Shown: piece by piece, positions 13,523 to 28,758 of the stretch | Layout: each line of letters opens with the position of its first letter | Numbering within the stretch: position 1 is the stretch's first letter | Assembly: GCA_965202585.1 (NCBI GenBank) | Contig: OZ241830.1 | Coordinates: forward strand, 40,300,001-40,364,000 | From: Thalia democratica | Taxonomy: Eukaryota | Reading direction: 5' to 3' | Length of the DNA stretch: 64,000 nt | Notes under the pieces: model-generated | What the model was told of the DNA's origin: nothing | Seen by the model: only the letters and a program-made list of their open reading frames with translations | Databases searched by the model: none | Translations under genes and position numbers: made by a program

Positions 13523-13681
13523 TTATTTTCCACTCGAACACATTCTACCTTCGCACGAAGATCCTACTCGGCTTCTTGATTCTTCTTCAGTGAGACAATC
13601 TCCCCTGAACAGGCAGCCTTCAGCTGTACTCATGATCATCAACATCACAAACATCAGTAATGATGCTAATTTACCCAACAT
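13523..13681 (-). CDS. Secreted 4-Cys RGD peptide precursor P2 (52 aa)
   Basis: MLGKLASLLMFVMLMIMSTAEG|CLFRGDCLTEEESRSRVGSSCEGRMCSSGK*. Confidence 0.9.
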   Translation of the reverse strand: MLGKLASLLMFVMLMIMSTAEGCLFRGDCLTEEESRSRVGSSCEGRMCSSGK

Positions 13682-16600
13682 ATTAGATTTAGTTTACTTA
13701 AAGCTGAAAATATTTACGTTGATTTACTTTTGTTGCAATATATTAAACATACTGTTTTAAATAGCTGGTCTATTACAGTTTATAACCTTTATTTACACTA
13801 TATTTGCGTATACCCATTATTTTTTTATTTTTCTTATTCTTTTAGTAATTTCAATGGCATCAAGTAGATTATTTTCTTTAGTTTTAGCTCTACATCTACA
13901 ACAAATAATTAACAATAAGAAGTTATTTAAAAACAGTTTACAATCTAGCGCGGTGTCTTTTGCCTTAATTAGTAGCTTTTTTGTTTAAGTTTTAATGAAA
14001 ATTTTTACACTTCATTATTTATATCAACTTAAATTTTATTACTTACTTTATCAGTACCGCGCTTGGATCAACATACTACAGCCCTCAAAGCAAAAATTTA
14101 CGGCTCGCTAAGTAACTTTTGACTGAAAACTTTTTCTTTTAACATTAAAAAAAGCTTACAGTTTAGTCCTTAACTAACAATGACTGAACTTTAAAAGTGC
14201 TCTGTTGTGGTTTATTTTTGTTTAAATAGGTTTAAAATTTAATTTCATATTGTTGCTAGACTTTGAAATAACTGTTGTAGCAAAAAGTTTTCTATCTTAT
14301 TCACTTGTAGAAACTTACAGATAAACTTGCCGGCTGCTTATTAAAGGCTGCCGACCCTCGATCTAGTTAGATGCTACTACATTTGAAGAAAATTGTTTTT
14401 TTGATAAAGCAAGTATAAGTTTTTTAAATTTAGCAAACTAAATTAAAACGTAATGAGTTTCCTAAACTTTTTGTTTTTAATACGTAAAAAAAATTTGTAA
14501 GTCCTGTAGAAACAAATTCTATTAAGACAAGTTAGTTAAAAAGTTGAGAAAACAATTAAGTTTGCTAATGAATACGTCTTAGATACCTTTATAATATTTT
14601 ATGATTGTTTTTAATTTATCGGTAAACTAAATTTAGTTTTTATAGAATTTAATTTTCTATTAACATAATTTAATTAGTTTAATAACAGCCTCACAGTTCT
14701 ACATTGTTCATGAAACAAATTTATAAATAATATAAATTTCAAACTTGTTTAAAAATTTAAACAAATAGAATTTTTTGTTGGATAAATATAAACTTTTATA
14801 TAAGTTACATTTCTGCATTTTTTAGTATACTTTTGAGGTTCATATATAAAGTTTTGCCCAGATTTACATAGGACATACTTCACACTTTTTTAAAGAAAAA
14901 TCATGTCTAACTAAAACCATTACTAATAAAACTATCAGTATTTAAATTAGAGATAATATTAAGTACTTATAGACAAGTAAAAGTTTTAAAAAATGTACAT
15001 AAAACAGAATAGATTTAAAACAAAAACCTGTTTCTTTAATTTACTTCTTTTAAAATTTATAAAATGTAAGCAAACAGTTCTATCAAACTCATTTTACAGA
15101 TTAAACTAGCTTCGTACTTTCGTTTATATAGCAAATATAAATTGATTACGTAACTTAAGTTGTGTAAGATGCTGTTGTTTTTTCATTATACATAATTATC
15201 TAGTTGTTTATATTTTTATGGTGTATAATTATGTTGATAAATTAACGAAAGAAACTTGCATGAACTTTTGTTGATGCATTAAGTCTTTCATTTTTTTTAC
15301 TTTAAATAATAAAAGTCATTTTTTTGCAAACTTTTCTTTAATTCAGTACTTTAAGTTAGCTATCCACAACTGTACTCTAAAAATATTCAAAGTAAGCATT
15401 TAAATCTAAGTTTAGCAAAAACATATATTTATTTATCAACATATTCAATTTCTAAAAACATGTAAACTGAATTAAGTTTTAAAGTAATTATATATATCAA
15501 AGTTATCTGAAAAACTGAAATATTATCTTACAAATTAAAAACCCTTTTAAACAAACTTCTTGTAAAAACTTGAAACATGTTAAATATGCTTATTTAGATT
15601 GATTTTTTCATTATTTAGAAATGAACATTGTTTAAATTGCTTATCATAAATTATTAAAACTAGTTTTATCAACTAAAAAAGTTTCAATGAAATAAGCAAA
15701 CAAAAACGTGTTTTCTACTTAAAAATTTAAATTTCCTCCGTTTGTTGAGACGTTAACTTAGTATATACTTTTTGTATTAATGAAATTGTTAGTTTCAAAT
15801 AGTTTTGCATGCCCTAATAAGTATTTTTTATAAACACCAACGTTTAGTAACTAGTAAATACATGTTTTCTATTTTTATTGTTTTACAAAAACTTAATTTT
15901 GGTAGTGATTAATTGTCTTTAACGAGCTATGAGCAGCTGAAAATTTTAAACAGTTTGTACAACATTAAATTACAAAATATACTACAATTATCTATTTTTA
16001 ACAAACTAGTTTAAAAAGTCTATAGTGTCGTGCTTTTTAATAGAACTTTTTCCTGGGTATCTTGTTTTAGTAAGATTAATTATATTACGAAACATCTTTT
16101 TTTTTAAACGCATTACCAACTTCAAATTTATATGTTATTACTTAATTTAAAAATGTTTACACTGTCAGCTCAAATTATTTAAGAATTTGATTTAGTTTTT
16201 TTTTTTTTAACAGTCAACATGATATTTTAAAGCTATTTTTTAATTTTTTCAAGGTTTTTATATCAGTTATTTTTCAAACAAATGTTTATATGTTGATTTT
16301 CATTGCACTTATAGTAATTTTATTGATCACCGTTTAATGTAAAATAATTTTTAATTCATCAAAAGATTTTAGTTACAGTTTGTAAATGTTATTCTAAACT
16401 TATTAAAACTCTAAATACAAATATAAGTCAAAAATTTTTAACCAAAGTATATTTTTCAGAACTTTTACTTATAAAACTTGTCATTATACTAGAACTTTGA
16501 ACATTAATTTTTGTTTTTTTTTGTTTTGTTAAGTATTTATTTTATATTTACTACCTTATTACCTATTTACTTAAAATACTAATTTACATAAACCAATCAG

Positions 16601-16847
16601 TCTACCAGTTTACAAGTAACAAAAATAACAGTATAAAAATGAATTAACAATATTACAAATTTCGTGAAATATTATAAATGTCTTATTAATAACAAACTTT
16701 TGTTTATTTATTTTTTTATTTACAACTGGTGAAAAGAATTAATTAAAAGTAACTTTATAAAAAGTTTATAATAACGCTAAAAGCATTTAAAGTGTTAAAA
16801 TTCTAACATTTATAATAAATTTTTCAATTTTTTGCTGCGATGTTTTC

Positions 16848-17857
16848 TTACTTCTTACCTTGGTAGCTGTAAAACAATTAATTCTTATTTAGATGTTAAA
16901 ACTGTTATACTTCTTAGATCTTTGTTAAATAAAGATCCCAACGAAATAAATTTGTTTTAACATATTAGCAACAGTTTAGAAATATTGCTTTATTATATTT
17001 ACAAAATTGATTTTGTATTATAAAGCTTGTTTAACAACTCTATAAAAAATTGTGTAACTAGTTTAACAATGAGAAACGTACGTTAGTTTTAACGAAGCAA
17101 GTACTTAGTAATTTTTTAATATTATTTATATAGTTTTCACGTTTACACAAACTATGGTTATTTAAAAGTTTTTGAATCAAACAAAGCTGAATTTATTTAA
17201 ATTTTAAATACACAATTATCATAGTTACAGCTTTGAAGCGTTTTGTGGTTCTTCCGAAAAATATGTCTACAGTTTTCAAAAAAATTTCAAACAAATAATT
17301 TAAACTAACTTTGAGTTGTTAGAAATCATCTGATTTGAATGGTTGTTCAAATCAGATCTGGTACCAGACCCACCGTAGTTACTTTTGTGACCCTGATAAC
17401 TGTTAACAATATTAATAAAGCAATTGTGTTTTTATAGAATCATTTCGAATAAAAAACTTTTATTTTGTAAGAATTAATAAGCTTGCTCTACAAAAGGTTT
17501 AAAAAAATATATTATTCTGTTAAAAGAAATTTTTAAAATGCTAAATTTTGTTTTTAAACATTAAAACTGATTATTTTGTAATTAAACTCTACTTACTTTG
17601 AATTGTTCGGGTTACATTGATTAGCATGATTATTGGCGTTAGACTGGTTTTGCCTATAAAACAAACTCAATAATAATAAAAGAGCGAAGAAAGGTTTTAA
17701 GACTAAAATATAACATAAATTATTAAATTATAGTTTTAAAGCAAAGTTTAGCATTTAACTATCATGTTCACGAGTACTCATAACCCTCTTACTAAATAAC
17801 TTTAGCTTGACTTAAACAATTACAATAATAAAATCATTAAACAACTTACTTGTCCAT
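16848..17857 (-). CDS. Asn/Gln-rich two-repeat protein copy B3 (57 aa, intact)
   Basis: Exons 17857-17850, 17653-17597, 17399-17310, 16866-16848, all GT-AG. Repeat 2 reads NNHSNQMISNN. Confidence 0.87.
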
Positions 17858-18983
17858 GTTTGTAGCTTGTTGTCGAGTGAACTGCTTCTAGAAAAGTGAT
17901 GAAATTAACTCATTTCAGCTTAATTTATAGGAGAGATGCTAATTTAGGTTAATCCCCACTGTGAGAAATAGTATTCACTTGTCGGTGAATTCCCTAACCG
18001 TCAACTGAACGTTCTATTTAAACAAATGTTGTTGTCATATATGTCATTGAAAACTTTTTGTTTACTTTTATATACTTGTTTAGTACTTCTTTGTGTACCT
18101 TTTTGGATTTAATACAACAACAACTTTTTGAAACTTTTTTCACAAACCAGCGCAATTTATAAAAATAGAAAGTATACAATTTTTCATGTAGTTGAGTGTA
18201 TAGCTTTATTGCACAACTCAAAATGTTGAACATTTCTTATTTAATACTAGATTACGGAAAAAAACATATAACTTTAACAGTTATAAAACAATAGACAATA
18301 AAATTAAGTAGTATTTATTATCAACTGAATTGATTATGAAATCTATACATAGTCAACATATAGTTTAAGTCCTTCATATATACTATAGAACTATCCAAAA
18401 ATAGTATTAAAAAGTTCAATTCAAAACCTTAATTATAGTTAAAAAACAATAGAACAATTTTAAAAACTTTTATTAAATTTTTTTTAAATCGTTTCTATAT
18501 TTGTATTTACGCAAAAAATTTGACGTATTGGTTTTTATTGTAATATAAGTATCTATTTTTGATAAACTTATGGTAGTATGTTATAATATAATGTAATACA
18601 ACATATAAATTTAATTTATACACAGTAATGTGAGTTTTTGAACACGTTTTTCAGTTTCGTTTGGAAATGCAGTTGTTCCATCACAAAACAGTATATAAAT
18701 ACTTAATAAAAACACTATACTCTAATTCAAAGATAAAAAGCACACATTTAGTGTACCACAGTTGTTTGTTTTAAGTTACATCGCACGATGTTCATACTGT
18801 AAATTTTTATAAATTTTCGAAAACTTTTAAATACTCATTCATCGCATAGTTCTTAATTAAACTGGTACCGTTATAAAACACTAAAATCTAAATTGAAATT
18901 ATAATAAAATAGTTTTTGATACTTATAAATAAACAGTTGACGTTTATGAAAACCATCAGTAAATTGAAAAGTTTTATTAAAAA

Positions 18984-18993
18984 GGGATTTTCC
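18984..18993 (+). promoter_or_regulatory. Consensus NF-kB site GGGATTTTCC, unit 3 spacer
   Basis: Exact consensus match at the homologous position. Confidence 0.6.
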
Positions 18994-20149
18994 CAAATAT
19001 TTTACTGAGCTTTAAAGCTATTTACTTTTATACGTGATTTTCTTATATCACAAATTCGAACAAGATTTATTTATAAATCACTCCAATTTATTATAAATAA
19101 AAACTTTTATTATTTTATTATTTTATAATTTTATACATGAACACATATAAAAAAAATATTAATATTACTTTGTTTTAAGCATTAAATTTTATTACTTGTG
19201 TTTATATATTCTTATGAACAAAATACGTTTTGAACTCAAGTTTTAAAGATTACAGTTTAGTTAATGTGAAACATTATTACCCAATTTTAATTATTCTTAA
19301 ATAGGGTTATACCCAAAAATAAAAGCACTTTTTTGTGTATTTAGAATATTTACAATACTGTTTTGTAACTTTAAACAAACATTTACAGTTTTTTTCTCAA
19401 ACCTTTAACAAATATGTAGAGTGAGTGTCAATCATTTTTTATTAATTTCAAAACTTTTAAATTTTATTGTTCCACAATGCTTAAACGATAATATAAAATA
19501 CTCAAAAATTTATATTAAAAACATTTAAATCAAAATTAACTGTTTTAATAATAAATATGCTTTAAAAAAACTTTTCAAACTTTCTATATCTTTCTTTTTA
19601 CCATTTGTTGGACTGAAAAAAACTATTTAGTAAATCAAAAAATATCAAGTTTTAAAACATTTGTATCTTAACTTCAATACAAAGTTGTTTACAAAATCAA
19701 TTAAAGTAGCTATATTATTAGTCTCAAAATATTAATTTTACATGTAGTGTTCAAGTAATTATGAAGAAGCTAGTTAAGTACTTAATAATCGCTAACTTTC
19801 ATAAGATATTTAATGTGGTTATTGTCATTAAGTATAAGTATACTACTAAAGTATTAGATATAAAGTTATAAATTATTATTATCTAAAGTTACAAATAAGC
19901 AAATTTCGTTGGAAAGTCAAAACTATAACTTTATTAATAAAACATAAAGTTAACAAACTTATCATTGTTATGACTACTAAACCCGTTCAAATAGGAAGCA
20001 CAGTTAACGTTTAGGGAATTCACCATCAAACAAAACATTTTCACACGTTGGGGATTAACCTAAATTAACATCTCTCGTATAGATTAAGCTGAGTTGAGCT
20101 ATTTTTTGTCATTTCACAGAAGCGGTTCACTCAAAAACAAGTTACAAAT

Positions 20150-21015
20150 ATGGACAAGTTAGTTGTTTCTTAATTTTGTAGTTGATATAGTTAAACTTGC
20201 ATAAAGATAAAAGTATTTGACGAAAATGTTAAAATAACTGTGTAATTACCATAGAATTAAAGTTTTATAAGTTGAAAGATTACCTTTATTATACTATACT
20301 GCAGTTTTTATCATGTTTTACAAATATTATTAGTATATATAGATATTAATAATTGTTTTTTTATAGGCAAAGTCAATCTAACGCCAATAACCATGCTAAT
20401 CAATGTAACCCGAACAATTCAAAGTAAGTAGAATTTATTTTAATACTAAAAAATTTTATGTTCCATAATCTAGTCTAACTTTACTCTACTAATAAAAACA
20501 ATTTCATAAAGAAGTTTTTACTGTGTAAAAAAATGGAACAATGTGCTTTTGTGCTGAGAATTACAGACATATTAAAACTAGATAACTTTTTAAATATTTA
20601 ATTTACACGACACAAACCTTATATTGTTTATAAGTTAAGTATAATTTAAATACAAAACTACACTATTTATACTTTTCACAGTTATCGGGGTTACCAAAGC
20701 AACTACGGTGGGTCTGGTACCAGGTCTGATTTGAACAACCACTCAAATCAGATGAATTCTAACAACACTAAGTTAGTTTACATTATTTGTTAGTAAACAA
20801 CTTCAAATCTGCAAATTATTTAATAAACATACATAGTTTTTTTTTACTCTAAACAAAACATTCTCGAAATATAAGATTTTTATTGTAACACATTTTAATT
20901 ATGCTTCACTTAAATGTATTAAACAGTTTCTCAGATTTAAAAAAAAGTTTTTATGATCTTTTTTATATAAAGTATTTTAATAAAGTGTTTTTACAGCTAC
21001 CAAGGAAAGAAGTAG
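20150..21015 (+). CDS. Asn/Gln-rich two-repeat protein copy A3 (57 aa, intact)
   Basis: Exons 20150-20157, 20367-20423, 20682-20771, 20997-21015: MDKQSQSNANNHANQCNPNNSNYRGYQSNYGGSGTRSDLNNHSNQMNSNNTNYQGKK*. Confidence 0.88.
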
Positions 21016-22080
21016 GAATAAAAAGAATCAAAACTATTTTTTTTTACTTATTTTCTTCAATAAATAATAAAAACATAAAATCGCTTATCTTTTATCTATA
21101 AAAGTAAAGACTTTTAGATTTTTACATAAAAGCATATGATAAAAAACAACAAAGATATATAGACAATATGTACAAAAAACATTTGTTTATAAATTGTCTA
21201 ACTACAATAGTCTCAACTAAAGTACGGCTCAAGTTAGGGTGTACACTGTTCATAAACATTACGACTGCTTAACAGTATAACAATATGAAAACGAGTTTTT
21301 CAAATGTACCAAGTAAAAACCTTAAAGCTAAATTTTACTTATATTTTGAATAGAAATACTTTTCATGTCAAATAAGGTTATAACACCACTTTCATAATTC
21401 TAATTAATTGACATTAAAAAAATCCACTTACTGCTATGCACAAAAGACTAGTAAAGAAATAAATTGTGATATGCCTGAAACTAACCTACAACTAAAAACA
21501 TTAAATTTCATTGTTTTTAAAATGCTTAGTAATGGTTACTCAACGATTGTTTGATTAAAAGTTTGCAATATACAGTTTGTTTTTTTTTTCTAATTTTTAA
21601 AAACTACGCAACCCGCTAAATAAATTTTCTAACAGATGTGGTCTGCAAAACACCTTTTTGTGTAAACTAGGGACGTTTATTATATAAATAACTAAAATGT
21701 TGAAATCGGATATAAGCGTAGGTCTATAAATTTAAGTCTATGAAAAACCTTCAGAAATATTCATTTATATTTTTATTTGAAAGTTATTAAAATTAGTACA
21801 ACAACTGTTACCATGATAATAATACAAAAAAAATTTATCAACTCAATCTTTAATATGTAGAATTTAAGCAAGTTATTATTGGAAAAAAAACATATTTTAA
21901 TAAAAACTTGATATGTAACAAAAGCTTATAATAAGTTGTTTCCAAAATCTATTGGTGATTCTTTTATTACAAAACATTTAAATATTTATTTACAAAAGTT
22001 ATATATAGTTTTAATTTTTTTTATTACATGCTTGTTGTAAATAAATATAATGCACATATGAATATCAAAAGAGCTTGTAC

Positions 22081-22239
22081 TTATTTTCCACTCGAACACA
22101 TTCTACCTTCGCACGAAGATCCTACTCGGCTTCTCGATTCTTCTTCAGTGAGGCAATCTCCCCTGAACAGGCAGCCTTCAGCCGTACTCATGATCATCAA
22201 CATCACGAACATCAGTAATGATGCAAATTTACCCAACAT
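22081..22239 (-). CDS. Secreted 4-Cys RGD peptide precursor P3 (52 aa)
   Basis: MLGKFASLLMFVMLMIMSTAEG|same mature peptide; two synonymous changes (TGC, TCG) in the mature region. Confidence 0.9.
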   Translation of the reverse strand: MLGKFASLLMFVMLMIMSTAEGCLFRGDCLTEEESRSRVGSSCEGRMCSSGK

Positions 22240-25200
22240 ATTAGATTTAGTTTACTTAAACTAAAAGTATTTACGTTTATTTAGTAGTTTCAAAATGTTT
22301 AAAACATATTGTAAATAACTGATTTATTACCGTATATAACTTATGTTTGTACTATTATTTATGACATCTATATAAATCTATTATTTTTTCAACAATTTTT
22401 TTTTTTAAAGTTTAATAGTTTAGATTGTTTGCTTTAGCTTCAGTTCTATGTCTACTAGAACTAATTAGCAAAAGGAAATTATTAAAAAACCGTTTACAAT
22501 TTAGTACAGTGGTTTTAGTCTTAATTAGTAGCTTTTTTAGCTTCAGTTTTAATAAAATTTTATTACAATCCATTATTTATATCAATTTGAATTTTTACTA
22601 CTAACTTTTTCAGTATCTAGCGTTTGGGTAAACAAACTGCAGCCCTCAAAGCAAAAATTTTACGGATTTCAAAGAAAATTTTGGCTGAAAACTTTTTCTT
22701 TTAACATTTAAAAAAAATAAAGTAAACTTCTTAACTAACAATGACTGAACTTTACTAGTACTCTGTTGTGGTTTATTTTTTATAATTAGGTTTAAAAATT
22801 ATTTTCATATAGTTGCTAGACTTTAAAATAACTGCGTGCTGTAGAAAACGTTTTCTATCTTCAGTTATAGAAATTTTTTATAGGAAAATTTGCCGGCTGC
22901 TTCTAAATGGCTGCTGACCCTCAATCTAGTTAGATGCTATTACATTTGAAAAAAAAACAATACTTTTGAAAGATCAAGTATTTGTTTTTAACATTTAGTA
23001 AAGTAAATTAAAACCTAATGAGTTTCCTCAACATTTTTGTTTTGTTTTTTTTTGTGGGTAAAATAAATTTGTAAGTTTTGTAGAAAAAAATTCTTTTAAT
23101 GACAAGTTAGTTAAAATCTTGAGAAAACAGTTAAGTTTGCTAATGAATACGTCTTAGATACCTTTATAATATTTTATGACTGTTTTTAATTTATCTGTAA
23201 ACTAAATCTCTTAGTTATAGAATTTCATTTTTTATGAACATAATTTAACTAGTTTAATAAAAAACCCGCAGTACTACATTGCTCATGAAATAAATTTATA
23301 AAGTATAAACATATCAAAGTTGTTCAAAAATTTAAACAAATAGAATTACTTTGTTGATGAATATAGACTTTTATATATGTTACATTTTTGCATTTTTTAG
23401 TATACTTTTAAGGTTCATATATAAAGTTTTGCACAGATTTACATAGGATATACTTAACAATTTTTTAAAAACAAATCATGTCTTTTAAAAGCATTAAAAA
23501 AATCATCAGTATTCAAATTAGAGATAATTTTAAGTATTTAGAGACAAGTAAAAGTTTTAAAGAAGGTTTATAAAACAAAGTACGTTTAAAACTAAAACCT
23601 GTTACTATAATTTACTTCTTTTAGAATTTATCAAATATAAGCAAACAGTTCTATCAAACTCATTTTACTGATTAAACTAGCTTCGTACTTTCGTTTATAT
23701 AGCAAAAATAAACTGATTACGTAACTTAAGTTGTGTAAGATGCTGTTGTTTATTTCCTATAATCATGTAGTTGTTTATAGTTTCCTGATGTATAATTATA
23801 TTGATAAAATTACGGAAGAAACTTGCATGAACTTTCGTGGTGCATTAAGTCTTTCATTTTTTTTACTTTAAATAATAAAATTCAATTTTTTGTAACTTTT
23901 TCTTATATTCAGTACTTTAAGTTAGCTATTCACAACTGTAGTCTAAAAATAATTTAAGTTAGCATGTGAATCTTAGTTTAGCAAAAACATATATTTATTT
24001 ATAAAATATTCAATTTCGAAAAACATGTAAGCTAAATTACGTTTTAACGTAATTAATTATATCAGAATTTAAAACAGAAAAAGTATATTACAAATTAAAA
24101 ACCCCTTGAACAAACTTCTTGTAAAAAACTTGAAACATGCTAAATATGCTTATTTACATTGATTTTTCCATCGTTTAAAAATGAAAATTGTTTAAATTGT
24201 TTATCATAAATTATTAAAACAATTTTTATTAACTAAAAAAGTTTCTAATGAAATCAGAAAACAAAAACGTTTTTTATACTTGTAAATTTAAATGTCCTCC
24301 GTTTGTTGAGAACTTTGATAAATGAAGTTTGTTGAGAACTTTATCACCGCTTAACTTAGTATATATTTTTCGTATTAATGAACTTGTAAGTTTTAAATAG
24401 TTTTGCATGACCTAATAAGTATTTTTATAAACACCAACGTTTAGTAACTAATAAATACATGTTTTCTATTTTTATTGTTTTACAAAAGCCTTAATTTCAT
24501 AGTGAGTAATTGTCTTTAACGAGCTATGAGCAGCTAAACACTTTAAACAATTTGTACAACATTAAAGTACAAAATATATTGTAAATAAACTAGTTTAAAA
24601 AGTTTGTAGCGTCGTTCTTTTTATTAGGACTTTTTTTTTGGTATCTTGTACTAGTAAGATTAATTTTATTGGGAAATATCTTTTTTTTTAAGCATATTAC
24701 CAACTTCCAATTTATACTAGGTATTATTTAATTACATAATTTTAAAGTTGTTTACACTATCAGCTCAAATCAGTTTAAAAAATTCTTATTTTTTTTCAAT
24801 TTTGAAATAGTCAACATGATATTGTCAAACTTTTTTTTTAATTTTTAAGGTTTTTTACGTTTGTTATTTTTCAAACAAATGTTTATATGTTGGTTTTCAT
24901 TGAAAATATAGTAACTTTATTGATCACGGTTTAATTTAAAATATTTTTTTTAATTCTCAAAATATTTAGTTAAATTTATAAATGTTCTTTTAAACTTATT
25001 AAAAGCCTATAAACAAATATAAGTCAATAATTGTTAACCAAAGTATGTTTTTAAGAACTTCTGTTTATAAGACTTGCCAGTATACTATAACTTTGAATAT
25101 TAATTTTTGTTGTTTTGTTTTGTTAAGTATTTACATTGTATTTACTACCTTATTATGTATTTACTTAAAATACTAATTTACATAAAACAATCAATACTTT

Positions 25201-25422
25201 TGTTTACAAGTAGCGAAAATATATCAAAATAATTTAAATTAAGTAAAACATTATAAATGTCTAATTAACAACAAACTTTTGGTTATTTGTTCATTTATTT
25301 ACAATTGTTGAAAAGATTTAAATAGTAAGTTCGTTTCAAGTTTATAAAAATGGTAAAAGTATATAGAATGTTACAATTCTAACAATTAAATAAAGTTTTT
25401 AAAACTTTGCTGCGATGTTTTC

Positions 25423-26456
25423 TTACTTCTTACCTTGATAGCTGTAAAATGAGTAATGGTTATTTATATGTTCAAAATCTTACACTTTTTAGATGTTTGT
25501 TAAAATAAGATAAGAACGAAATAAATTCGTTTGAACATAAAAGCAACAATTTACGAAGTCCTTATTTTATTATATATACAAAATTAATTTAGTATTATAA
25601 AGCTTGTTTAACAACTCTATTAAACAGTGTTACTAGTTTAACAATGAGAAACGTACGTTAGTTTAAATAAAGCAAGTACTTTGTAAATTATTATTATTAT
25701 TATTTATGTATTTTTCACGTTTACACAAACTATGGTTAGCTAAAAGCTTTTAAATCAAACATAGCTTTTTTTTCTAAACTTCAAATACATAGTTATCATA
25801 GTTACAAGTTTAAAAATTTTTGTTGTTGGTCCGAAAAATATGTTCAAAAATTTAAAACATTTTTGTACAAATAGCTTAAACTAACTTTGAATTGTTAAAA
25901 TTCATCTGATTTTAGTGATTGTTCAAATCAGATCTGGTACCAGACCCACCGTAGCTGCTTTGGTAACCCTGATAACTGTGAACAATATTAGTAATGCAGT
26001 TGTGTTTTTATAGACTCATTTTGAATATAAACCTTTTTTAATTAGAATTAATTAGCTTGCTCTACTAAAGTTTGAAAAAAATTATGATTCTGTTAAAATT
26101 AATTCTAAATATGCTAAGTTTAGTTTTTAAACATTAAAATTAATTATTTTTCAATCAAACTTTACTTACTTTGAATTGTTCGGGTTACATTGATTAGCAT
26201 GATTATTGGCGTTAGACTGGCTTTGCCTGTAAGATAAAATCAATAACAATATAAAGAGCAAATAAAGGTTTTAATACTTGAATTTATATAACTAAGTAAA
26301 TTATTCTTTAAAAGCAATATACTAACTAAATTTTAGCATTTAACTATCATATTCACAAGTACTCATAAGTTATGAGTCATAACCCTCTTACTAAACAACT
26401 TTAGCTTGACTTAAACAACTTCACTGATAAAATCATAAAACAACTTACTTGTCCAT
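25423..26456 (-). pseudogene. Asn/Gln-rich protein copy B4 with a premature stop
   Basis: Exons 26456-26449, 26226-26170, 25975-25886, 25441-25423. TCA>TAA at 25914-25912 truncates repeat 2 after NNH. Confidence 0.8.
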
Positions 26457-27598
26457 ATTTATAACTTGTTGTCGAGTGAAATGCTTCTAAGAAGTGATAA
26501 AAAAATAACTTATTTCAGCTTAATGTATAAGATAGTTGTTGATTTAGGTGAATCCCCAATGTGAAAAATAGCTTTCACTCGTCGGTGAATTCCTTAATCG
26601 TCAACTGTACTTTCTATTTAAACAGATTTTGTAGTGATATATGTCATTGAACATTTTTTGTATACTTTTATATACTTCTTTTGTATTTTATGCTTACCTT
26701 TTTGGATTAAATACAACAACAATTTTTTGAAACTTTTTACACAAACCAGCACATTCTTTCTATAATAGTATAAAGTATATAATTGTTGACGTAGTTAAGT
26801 ATATAGCTTTATTACATAACTCAAAATGTTGAACAATTCTTATTTAATACTAGTTTACGGGGAAAAAACAATAAAATATAATCTTAACAGTTATAAAACT
26901 ATATACAATATAACTTTAGTAGTATTTATTATCAACTGAATTAGATATGAAATCTAAACATAGTCCAAAATGTAATTTAGTCGTTGATATATATTATAGA
27001 ACTATCCAAAAATAATATTATAAAGTTCAATTCAAAACCTTAATTAGAGTTTAAAAACTACAGAATAACTTTAAAAACTTTTATTAATTTTTTTTGAATG
27101 TGTTTCTTTATTTGTATTTACGCAAAAATTTGACGTATTGGTTTTTATTGTAAATTAAGTATATATATTTAAAAGATTAATTGAAGTATATTATAATTAA
27201 ATGTAATACAACGTATATATATTATATTTATATACGGTAACGTGAGACTTAAACACGTTTTTCAGTTTTGTTTGCCAATGCAGTTGTGCAATCACAAAAA
27301 AGTATATAAATACTGAATAAAAACTCGGTATTCTATTATTTACAGATAAAAAGCACACATTTAGTGTACCACAATTGTTTTCTTTTTAAGTTACGTCGCA
27401 CAATGTTCATACTGTAAATTTTTATAAATATTCCAAAACCTTTAAATAGTTATTCATCGCATAGTGCTTAATTAAACTGGTACCGTTATAAAACACTTAA
27501 ATGTAAATTAATATCATCATAAAATAGATTTGGGTGTTCATAAATAAACAGTTGACGTTTAAGAAAACCACCAGTAAATTGAAAAAATTTATTACATA

Positions 27599-27608
27599 GG
27601 GATTTTCC
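27599..27608 (+). promoter_or_regulatory. Consensus NF-kB site GGGATTTTCC, unit 4 spacer
   Basis: Exact consensus match at the homologous position. Confidence 0.6.
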
Positions 27609-28758
27609 CAAATATTTTACTGAGCTTTAAAGCTATTTATTTTTATACGTGATTTTCTTAAATCTTAAAATCGAACAAGATTTATTTATAAATCATATTA
27701 ATTTATTATAAATAAAAACTTTTAATAATATTTCATAATTTTATACATGAACACATATTAAAATATATTAATAGTACTTTGTTTTAAGCATTAAATTTGA
27801 TTACTTGTGTTTATATATTCTTATGAACAAAATACGTTTTGAACTCAACTTTTAAAGATTACAGTTTAGGTAATGTGAAACATTATTACACAATTTTGAT
27901 TATTTTTAAATAGGGTTATACCCAAAAACAAATGCACTTTTTTGTGAATTTAGAATATTTACAATACTGTTTTGTAACTTTAAACAAACATTTACAGTTT
28001 TTTTTCTCAAACCTTTAACACATATGTAGAGTGAGTGTCAATCGTTTTTTATTAATTTCAAAACTTTTAAATTTTATTGTTTCACAATGCTTAAACGTTA
28101 AAATATAAAATTCTCAAAAGTTTATATTAAAAACATTGAGATCAAAATTAACTTTTTTAATAATAAATATGCTTAAAAAAACTTTTCAAACTTTCTATAT
28201 CTTTCTTTTAACCATTTATTGGACTGAAAATAAAACTATTTTGTAAATCAAAAAACATCAAGTTTTTAAACATTTGTATCAAAACTTCAATACAAAGTTG
28301 TTTACAAAATCAACTGAAGTAGCTATATTATTAGTATCAAAACATTAATTTTACATGTAGTGTTCAAGTAATTATGAAGAAGCTTGTTAAGTACTTAATA
28401 ATCGCTAACTTTCATAAGATATTTGTAGTTTTTATCATTAAGTAAAAGTATACTACTAAAGTATTAGATATAACGTTATAAATTGTTATTATCTAGAGTA
28501 CCAAATAAGCAAATTTCGTTGGAAAGTCAAAACGATCATTTTATTTATAAAACATAAAGTTAACAAACTTATCATTGTTATGACTAATAAACCCGTTCAA
28601 ATAGGAAGTACAGTTAACGTTTAGGGAATTCACCAGCAAACAAAACATTTTCACACATTGGGGATTAACCTAAATTAATACCTCTCGTATATATTAAGCT
28701 GAGTTGAGCAATTTTTGTCACTTCATAGAAGCAGTTCACTCGAAAACAAGTTACAAAT

